Shown piece after piece: positions 57,087 to 64,000 of a stretch of DNA of 64,000 bases (its first letter is position 1; each line of letters opens with the position of its first letter). Where the stretch lies: positions 480,001-544,000 of the forward strand of contig OZ220089.1 in the NCBI GenBank assembly GCA_964291625.2, given 5' to 3'. The notes under the pieces are model-generated. The model searched no databases and was not told the origin of the DNA. It saw nothing but the letters and a program-made list of their open reading frames with translations. The position numbers and the translations under genes are program-made. The DNA is from Candidatus Latescibacterota bacterium (GTDB lineage Bacteria > Latescibacterota > UBA2968 > UBA8231).

Positions 57087-60000
57087 CCGGCGCAAGCCCC
57101 CCGGCCGGCGGCCCCCCGGAGGCCTCCGGCGCCGGGGGCGCGTCCTCCCTCTTCGCCGTCACCACCCGCCGTCCCGTGGCCATCCTGATGGTGGTCATGG
57201 CCGTCTGCGTCTTCGGCTGGGTCTCCTACCAGCGCCTCTCCCTGGAGCTGATGCCCGATGTCGCCTACCCGGCGCTGACGGTGCGCACCAAGTACCCGGG
57301 CAGCGCTCCCGAGGAGGTGGAGAAGCTGGTCTCCCGGCCCCTGGAGCGAGAGCTGGGCATCCTCCCGCGCCTGGTGGCCATGCGCTCCATCAGCAAGGCC
57401 GGCCAGTCGGACCTGGTCCTCGAGTTCGAGTGGGAGACCGACATGAACGCCGCGGCCGCCGACATCCGCGAGAAGGTGGACCGCACCTGGCTTCCCGAGG
57501 AGGCCGGCAAGCCGCTGCTGCTGCGCTACGATCCCTCCCTCGAGCCGGTGCTGCGCGTCGGCCTGTCGGGCGGGCGCGGGCTCTACCATCTACGCGAGCT
57601 CGCCGAGGAGGAGGTGCGCCGCGAGCTGGAGTCGATCCCCGGGGTGGCCGCCGTCAAGGTCCGGGGCGGCCTGGAGCAGGAGATCCACGTGGCCCTGCGG
57701 GAGCGGCAGATCGCCCTCCTCGGGCTCGACGCGGCCACCGTCGAGCAGCGTCTGGCCGAGGCCGACGTCAACCTGCCGGGAGGCCGCCTGCGCGAGGGGG
57801 GCACGGAGTACCTGGTGCGCACCCTCAACGAGCTCGACTCGGTGGCCGAGATCGAGGAGCTGGTCGTGGCCCGCTCCGGCGGCGCCGAGATCCGCCTGCG
57901 GGACATCGCCCGGGTGGAGGCCTCGCACAAGGACCGGGAGATCCTCACCCGCGTCAACGGCCGCGAGAGCGTCGATCTCGAGATCCACAAGGAGGCCGGG
58001 GCCAACATCGTCGCCGTGGCGCGCGCCGTGCGGGACCGCCTTCTCGGCACCGTGGAGCAGCGGGCCTGGGTGGCGTCCCGGGACACCGCCGCGGCCGCCG
58101 CCCCGGAGGCCGATGCCGGCAAGGACGCCGAGGCGCGGCGCAATGCGGCGGCCGTGCGCACCGTCACCGAGCAGCGCATGACGGACTTCGTCGCCCACCG
58201 TCTGCCGGCCGGGGTGGGCCTCGACGTGCTGTCGGACCAGTCGGCCTTCATCGAGAGCTCCATCGACGAGGTCCGCAAGAACGTCCTCCTGGGGGGCGCC
58301 ATCGCCGGCCTCGTGCTCCTCGTCTTCCTGCGCAACGTCGTCCACACCCTCATCGTGGCGGTCACCATCCCCGTCTCGGTGGTGGCCACCTTCGCGCCCA
58401 TGCACCTCTTCGACGTCTCCCTCAACATCATGTCCCTCGGAGGCCTGGCCCTGGGCGTGGGGATGCTCGTGGACAACTCCATCGTCGTCCTGGAGAGCAT
58501 CTTCCGCTGCCGCGAGGAGGGCGACGACCCGGTCACCGCCACGGTGCGGGGCACCGCCGCCGTGAGCAGCGCCGTGTGCGCCTCCACCCTGACCACGGTG
58601 GCCGTGTTCTTCCCCATCGTCTTCGTCGAGGGCGTGGCCGGGCAGGTCTTCGGCGACATGGCCCTCACGGTGGTGTTCTCGCTCCTGGCGTCGCTGGCGG
58701 TGGCCCTCTGGTTCATCCCCATGCTGGCCTCGCGCAGCGCCGGCCTGCCGGGGCTGGCCCCGGAGTCGCCCTTCCTGCGGCTGCCCTCCGGCGAGGGCCT
58801 GCGCCGGGCCGTGGGCCCCGGCCTCGCCCTCGGGGCGCGGCTGCGGCACGGCGCCCTCGTCCTGCCCCTGCTGCTGCGGGATCTGGCGGCGCGCGCGCTC
58901 CTGGCCCTGGCCGCGGTCCTGTGGGCGCTCCTGCAGAGCGCGGGCCTGCTGATCTTCCAGCTCGTCTGGCCGCTGCTGTGGCTGGCGGCGCGCTGGCGGC
59001 CGGGCCTGCCCTCCCACCGCCGCGTGGCCGGGTGGGCGTCGCGGCCGCCGCCGGTGCGCGGCTTCCCCGACTCGGTCTGGCCCGGCCTGCTCGACAACGG
59101 GTCGGCCGCCGCCCTGGGCGCCGACTGGGCCCGCTGGACCGCCTGGGTCCGCGGCCGCGGCAGCCGGACCGGGTTCGCGGCGCGGGCCCTGAGCGGGGTC
59201 CCCGTCATCCTCTGGCTGCTCCTGCGCTTCCTGGTGCACGACGTCCTGTGCCTGGCGCGGAGCCTGCTGCTGACCGTGCTCCTCGTCGCCGCGGTGCTGG
59301 CCGCGGGGGGCCTCGTGCTGGCCGCCCTCGTGCTGTCGCCGGCGGCGCCGGTCCTCGCCCTGCTGAGGGGCGGCCTGGAGCTGGCGCGGCGGACCTACCC
59401 CGGCCTCCTCGGCGGCGCCCTGCGCCGGCGCGCCTTCGTCCTGGGGGGCGCGGCCCTCGCCTTCTGGGCCTGCTGGACGCAGTTGCTGCCGGCCCTCGGC
59501 ACGGAGCTGATCCCGCCCGTGCACCAGGGGGAGTTCCGCGTCGACCTGACCCTGCCGGTGGGCACCCCGCTGGAGCGCACGGCCGAGGCCGCCGCCGAGG
59601 TGGAAGCCATCGCCCTGGCCCTGCCGGGGGTGGAACGCGCCGCCACCCGGGTCGGCTCGGACCGCACCGCCGCGGCCACCGCCGACGAGGGCGAGCACAC
59701 GGCCCGCATCGCCGTCTACCTGGCGCCGGAGGTGGGGCCGGACGCCGAGGACCGCGTCATCGAGGACCTGCGCGGGCGCCTGCGCCGCCTCCCGGAGGTG
59801 GAGGCGGAGATCTCCTTCCCCTCCCTCTTCAGCCTGCGGACCCCCGTGGAGGTGGAGATCCGCGGCGAGGACCTGGGGGGCCTGCGGCGCCTGAGCGCCG
59901 AGACCGTGAGCGTCCTGTCCGCCCTGCCCGGTCTCGCCGACGTGCGGTCGACGCAGCAGGCCGGCCACCCGGAGCTGCAGATCCTCTACGACCGCGAGCG

Positions 60001-60916
60001 GCTGGCGAGCTACGGCCTCGACCTGCGGGCCGTGGCCGAGCGGGTGCGCCACAAGGTCCAGGGCCGCGTGGCCACCGGCCTGCGCCGCGACGAGCGCACC
60101 ATCGACGTCCTCGTGCGCCTGCGCGAGGAGGACCGCCTCGGTGTGGAGGAACTGCGGCGGCTGGTCGTCAACCCCGGCGGCGAGGTGCCGATCCGCCTCG
60201 GCTCGGTGGCCGCGATCCGCATCGCCGAGGGCCCGAGCGAGATCCGCCGCATCGACCAGCAGCGAGCCGCCCTGGTGACGGCCAACGTGGAGGGCCTGGA
60301 CCTGGGCACGGCGGCCGGGGCGATCCGCTCGACCCTCGGCGCCGCGGCCTTCCCGCCGGGGTTCACCTTCCTGGTGAGCGGCCAGAGCACCGAGATGGAG
60401 CGCTCCCTGGAGAGCCTGCTCTTCGCCCTCGGACTGGCCGTCTTCCTGGTCTACATCGTCATGGCCGGCCAGTTCGAGTCCCTCGTGCACCCCTTCGTCA
60501 TCCTCTTCACCGTGCCCCTGGCGGCGACCGGCGCCGTCGTCGCCCTCTACCTGATGGAGACGCCCCTGAGCGTCGTCGTCTTCATCGGCTTCATCATGCT
60601 CGCCGGCATCGTCGTCAACAACGCCATCGTCCTGGTGGACTACATCAACCGCCTGCGGCGCTCCGGGCTGGCCGCCGGCGAGGCGATCGTGCGCGCCGGG
60701 GCCGTGCGCCTGCGGCCGATCCTGATGACCACGTCGACCACCGTCCTCGGCCTGCTGCCCATGGCCCTCGGCCTCGGGGACGGCGCCGAGATCCGCTCGC
60801 CCATGGCGGTCACCGTCATCGCCGGGCTCATCAGCTCCACCTTCCTCACCCTCGTGGTGATCCCCGCCGTCTATTCCCTCACCGCCGGCCGGGGCGGACC
60901 GGGAGGGTCCGCGTGA
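57083..60916 (+). CDS. RND efflux permease (AcrB/SwrC-like) with large hydrophobic insertion
   Basis: RRPVA, YPG.APEEVE, GMLVDNSIVVLE, GIVVNNAIVLVD, RLRPILMTT. Confidence 0.92.
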   Translation: MTGASPPAGGPPEASGAGGASSLFAVTTRRPVAILMVVMAVCVFGWVSYQRLSLELMPDVAYPALTVRTKYPGSAPEEVEKLVSRPLERELGILPRLVAMRSISKAGQSDLVLEFEWETDMNAAAADIREKVDRTWLPEEAGKPLLLRYDPSLEPVLRVGLSGGRGLYHLRELAEEEVRRELESIPGVAAVKVRGGLEQEIHVALRERQIALLGLDAATVEQRLAEADVNLPGGRLREGGTEYLVRTLNELDSVAEIEELVVARSGGAEIRLRDIARVEASHKDREILTRVNGRESVDLEIHKEAGANIVAVARAVRDRLLGTVEQRAWVASRDTAAAAAPEADAGKDAEARRNAAAVRTVTEQRMTDFVAHRLPAGVGLDVLSDQSAFIESSIDEVRKNVLLGGAIAGLVLLVFLRNVVHTLIVAVTIPVSVVATFAPMHLFDVSLNIMSLGGLALGVGMLVDNSIVVLESIFRCREEGDDPVTATVRGTAAVSSAVCASTLTTVAVFFPIVFVEGVAGQVFGDMALTVVFSLLASLAVALWFIPMLASRSAGLPGLAPESPFLRLPSGEGLRRAVGPGLALGARLRHGALVLPLLLRDLAARALLALAAVLWALLQSAGLLIFQLVWPLLWLAARWRPGLPSHRRVAGWASRPPPVRGFPDSVWPGLLDNGSAAALGADWARWTAWVRGRGSRTGFAARALSGVPVILWLLLRFLVHDVLCLARSLLLTVLLVAAVLAAGGLVLAALVLSPAAPVLALLRGGLELARRTYPGLLGGALRRRAFVLGGAALAFWACWTQLLPALGTELIPPVHQGEFRVDLTLPVGTPLERTAEAAAEVEAIALALPGVERAATRVGSDRTAAATADEGEHTARIAVYLAPEVGPDAEDRVIEDLRGRLRRLPEVEAEISFPSLFSLRTPVEVEIRGEDLGGLRRLSAETVSVLSALPGLADVRSTQQAGHPELQILYDRERLASYGLDLRAVAERVRHKVQGRVATGLRRDERTIDVLVRLREEDRLGVEELRRLVVNPGGEVPIRLGSVAAIRIAEGPSEIRRIDQQRAALVTANVEGLDLGTAAGAIRSTLGAAAFPPGFTFLVSGQSTEMERSLESLLFALGLAVFLVYIVMAGQFESLVHPFVILFTVPLAATGAVVALYLMETPLSVVVFIGFIMLAGIVVNNAIVLVDYINRLRRSGLAAGEAIVRAGAVRLRPILMTTSTTVLGLLPMALGLGDGAEIRSPMAVTVIAGLISSTFLTLVVIPAVYSLTAGRGGPGGSA

Positions 60917-63900
60917 GCGAGCCCCGGGGGTACCTGCTCCCCCGCCTCAGCCTCGACCGGCCGGTGAGCGTCATCATGGCCGTCGCCGCCCTCCTGGTGG
61001 TCGGTGTCGTGGCCTACACCCGCATTCCCCTCGACCTGGTCCCGGCCGGCCTGGAGGGGGACCGGCTCTACGTCCGCGCCCCCTACCCGGACGCCAGCCC
61101 CGCCGAGGTGGAGCGGGAGGTGGTCCGCCCCCTGGAGGAGGCGATCGCCACGGTGCCGCGGGTGGCCCGGGTGACCAGCGGCGCCAACCGCGGCGGCGGC
61201 TGGGCCAACGTGCGGTTCCAGTCGGGGACGGACATGCACGAGGCCTACGCCGATCTGCGGGACCGCATCGACCGCGCCATGCCCGAGCTGCCCGAGGAGA
61301 TCGAGCGCGTCCAGGTGCTTCGGTGGAACCAGGACGACTGGCCGGTCATGTGGATCGGCGCCTCTCTGAAGGGGGAGTTCGCCGACGCCTTCCAGCTCCT
61401 GGACGTGCACGTGCGCCCCGCCCTGCAGCGCATCGAGGGCGTGGGAACGGTCGAGGTTCGCGGCGAGGCCGCCCGCCAGGTGCGCGTCGAGCTGGACCTG
61501 GGGCGGCTGCGCGGCCACGGCGTGGAGCCGTACGAGGTCGGCCGCCGGCTGGGGAGCCGCAACTTCGCCCTGCCCGGGGGCCGGGTCCTGGAGGGAGGGC
61601 GCCGGCTCCACGTGCGCTCCCTGGGCCGCTTCGAGTCCCTCGACCAGGTGAGGCGGCTGGTCATCGACGAGGATCACGGCCTGCGCCTCGGGGACGTGGC
61701 CGAGGTCGCCCTCAAGCCGCCGAAGCGGGAGTGGTTCAGCCGCATTGACGGCCGCCCCGCCCTCGGGATCGAGGTGATGAAGGCGTCGGGGGGCAACCTG
61801 GTGGAGATCTCCCGCGGCGTACGGGCCAGGCTGGAGGAGCTGCGCCGACGGCCGCACCTGCAGGGCGTCGACTTCGAGATCTTCTGGGACCAGGGCGAGC
61901 ACATCGTCGAGTCGGTGGACAACCTCAAGTCCACCGGCCTGTGGGGCGGCCTCTTCGCCGGCCTCGTGCTCCTGTTCTTCCTGCGCGCCGTGCGCATGAC
62001 CCTGATCATCACCCTCGCCATCCCGCTGTCGGTGACGGCCACGGTGGCCACCATCTACTTCATGGGCTGGAGCCTGAACCTGATCACCATGATGGGGCTC
62101 ATGCTCAGCCTCGGCCTGGTGGTGGACAACGCCATCGTCATCGTCGAGAACATCCACCGCCGCCGGCAGGAGGGCGCCGGCCCCCGGGAGGCGTCGATCC
62201 GGGGCGCCGGCGAGGTGGGCCTGGCGGTGACCATGGCCACCCTGACCACGGTGGTCGTCTTCCTGCCCCTGATCCTGATGAGCGGCGACGAGGAGTTCGC
62301 CTTCATCATGCTGCGCCTCGGCGGACCCGTGATCGTCGGCCTGCTGGCGTCGCTGGTCATCGCCCTGCTCATCATCCCCCTGGCGGCGCAGCGCATCGGC
62401 ACCTCGGGGAGCGGCGGCGACCCGCCCATCGTCGCCCGGGGCCGCGCCGCCTACGAGCGGGTCCTCGCCTGGGTCCTCACCCACCGCCTGGACACGACCC
62501 TGATCGTGCTCGCCGCCATGCTGAGCATGCAGATCCCCATGCAGGGCCTGGACCGCACCGACGGAGGCAGCCGCAACCAGAAGGACATCTGGCTGGCCTT
62601 CCGGATGCCCGAGGGCCAGACGATCGAGGCGGCGGACCGCTTCATCGCCGGCGTCGAGGACACCCTGCTGAGCCATCGCGAGACCTACGGCATCCGCCTC
62701 CTCGAGACCTGGTCGAGCAACAGCTTCGCCCGCATCCACGTGATCCTCGAGGAGGCGGAGTCCAACGAGTGGTACGCCGTGGCCTGGCACGACCTGCTCC
62801 AGGCGGCGGGCCTGCGGCAGTCGCCGGACCTGGACTACGGGGAAACCCTGGAGGACATGAAGGAGCGCATCCTCACGCCTCCCGGCTTCGAGTTGCGCAT
62901 CAACTGGCGCGACGGCGGGGGCGACGACTCGGCGGTCTCCGTCAACCTCCACGGACCCGACACCGACCGCCTCGTGGAGCTGTCCCGGGAGGTGGAGCGG
63001 CGCCTGGAGGGGATCCCGGGCCTGCTGTCGGTGCAGACCGACGTCGACCGCGGCGGCACCGAGCTGCAGGTGCGCCTCGACCGCGCCCAGGTGCGACGCT
63101 ACGGCCTCGACCCGCGGGCGATCTCGGGCAACATCTCCTACGCCCTGCGGGGCCGGGAGCTGACGAGGATGCACACCGACGACGGCCGCGAGGTGAGCGT
63201 CTTCTTCCAGCTCCGCGAGACCGACCGCCGCAGCATGGACCAGCTCCGCGCCCTGACCTTCAGGTCCCCCGGCGGCGGCGAGATCCCCCTGGAAACCCTC
63301 GCCAGCATGCGGGTGGCGCCGGGCCTGGGCGGCATCCGGCGCGAGGATCGGCAGACGGTCCTCGCCGTGACCGCCACGACGACGGAGGCCGGCGCCGCGA
63401 CCCTCTTCGAGCAGGTGGACGAGGCCATGGCCGGCTTCGAGACGCCCCGGGGCTACCGGTGGGACAAGGGCGAACGCTACCAGCGCCTGCAGCAGCAGGA
63501 GGACAGCCGCACCTTCGCCCTGATCCTGTCCGTGACCTTCGTCTTCCTCCTCATGGGCGTCCTCTTCGAGTCCTTCGTGCTTCCCCTCTCGGTGATCGTG
63601 GCGATCCCCTTCTCCTTCCTGGGGGTGTTCTGGACCCTGTACCTGACGAAGACGCCCTTCGACATGCTCAGCGGCATCGGCACCGTCATCCTCGTGGGCG
63701 TGGTCGTCAACAACGCCATCGTCCTCATCGACCTGGCCAACCGCCTGCGCGCCGAGGGCCTGGACCGCTTCGAGGCCCTCATGGAGGCCGGCCGCCACCG
63801 CTTCCGGCCGATCCTGATGACCACCTTCACCACGATCTTCGGCCTCCTGCCCATGGCCGTGGGCAACGCCCGCATGATCGGCATGCCCTACGCGCCCCTG

Positions 63901-64000
63901 GGCCGCACCATGATGGGCGGCCTGCTGGCGTCGATGGTGCTCACCCTCGTCATCGTGCCCCTGTGCTACACGTTCTTCGACGACCTGCGGAATCTGCTGC
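60913..64000 (+). CDS. Second RND efflux permease (3' partial)
   Basis: GTGA overlap; own translation SLDRPVSVIM, GLVVDNAIVIVENI, GVVVNNAIVLID, RFRPILMTT; runs off the window, so it is missing from the ORF track. Confidence 0.9.
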   Translation, partial: MSEPRGYLLPRLSLDRPVSVIMAVAALLVVGVVAYTRIPLDLVPAGLEGDRLYVRAPYPDASPAEVEREVVRPLEEAIATVPRVARVTSGANRGGGWANVRFQSGTDMHEAYADLRDRIDRAMPELPEEIERVQVLRWNQDDWPVMWIGASLKGEFADAFQLLDVHVRPALQRIEGVGTVEVRGEAARQVRVELDLGRLRGHGVEPYEVGRRLGSRNFALPGGRVLEGGRRLHVRSLGRFESLDQVRRLVIDEDHGLRLGDVAEVALKPPKREWFSRIDGRPALGIEVMKASGGNLVEISRGVRARLEELRRRPHLQGVDFEIFWDQGEHIVESVDNLKSTGLWGGLFAGLVLLFFLRAVRMTLIITLAIPLSVTATVATIYFMGWSLNLITMMGLMLSLGLVVDNAIVIVENIHRRRQEGAGPREASIRGAGEVGLAVTMATLTTVVVFLPLILMSGDEEFAFIMLRLGGPVIVGLLASLVIALLIIPLAAQRIGTSGSGGDPPIVARGRAAYERVLAWVLTHRLDTTLIVLAAMLSMQIPMQGLDRTDGGSRNQKDIWLAFRMPEGQTIEAADRFIAGVEDTLLSHRETYGIRLLETWSSNSFARIHVILEEAESNEWYAVAWHDLLQAAGLRQSPDLDYGETLEDMKERILTPPGFELRINWRDGGGDDSAVSVNLHGPDTDRLVELSREVERRLEGIPGLLSVQTDVDRGGTELQVRLDRAQVRRYGLDPRAISGNISYALRGRELTRMHTDDGREVSVFFQLRETDRRSMDQLRALTFRSPGGGEIPLETLASMRVAPGLGGIRREDRQTVLAVTATTTEAGAATLFEQVDEAMAGFETPRGYRWDKGERYQRLQQQEDSRTFALILSVTFVFLLMGVLFESFVLPLSVIVAIPFSFLGVFWTLYLTKTPFDMLSGIGTVILVGVVVNNAIVLIDLANRLRAEGLDRFEALMEAGRHRFRPILMTTFTTIFGLLPMAVGNARMIGMPYAPLGRTMMGGLLASMVLTLVIVPLCYTFFDDLRNLL

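Noticed and set aside
57583-63884. Long minus-strand ORFs (541, 966 and 975 aa) opposite the RND genes, and similar antisense ORFs throughout the window
   Set aside because: Antisense shadows expected from extreme GC3 bias; no protein motifs, and the opposite strand carries clear genes.

Overview
High-GC bacterial chromosome segment, probably from the FCB superphylum (Latescibacterota/Gemmatimonadota-like). That placement is an inference from the C-terminal PNPFN...FlgD-type sorting domain, the DGGGP-synthase-like UbiA and the futalosine genes. Most of the window is metabolic or housekeeping: acyl-CoA ligase/thiolase/DUF35, ppk1 with a GlmU-like gene, sugar dehydrogenases and epimerases, mqnB/mqnD, a sulfatase, hisS, HU/IHF, moaB/sirC and an RND pump. 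Orphan or broken toxin-antitoxin halves are scattered between these genes. The standout is a visibly lower-GC, tightly coupled operon at about 29.7-40.5 kb. It centres on a 1607-aa protein with an N-terminal tubulin/FtsZ-like GTPase domain fused to a C-terminal actin/Hsp70-like ATPase domain. Downstream are a vWA-like lipoprotein, a MotA/ZorA-like protein with a long coiled-coil tail, a MotB/ZorB-like protein (WPAFADLM) and a secreted HNH-Excalibur nuclease, which together suggest a Zorya-like or membrane-remodelling system. Next to it is a BlaI regulator with two palindromic operators and two M56 sensors carrying ExbD-like domains. Two accessory modules are flanked by duplicated gene ends. 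Three short frameshifts may be sequencing errors. No rRNA, tRNA, CRISPR array, integrase or transposase was seen.
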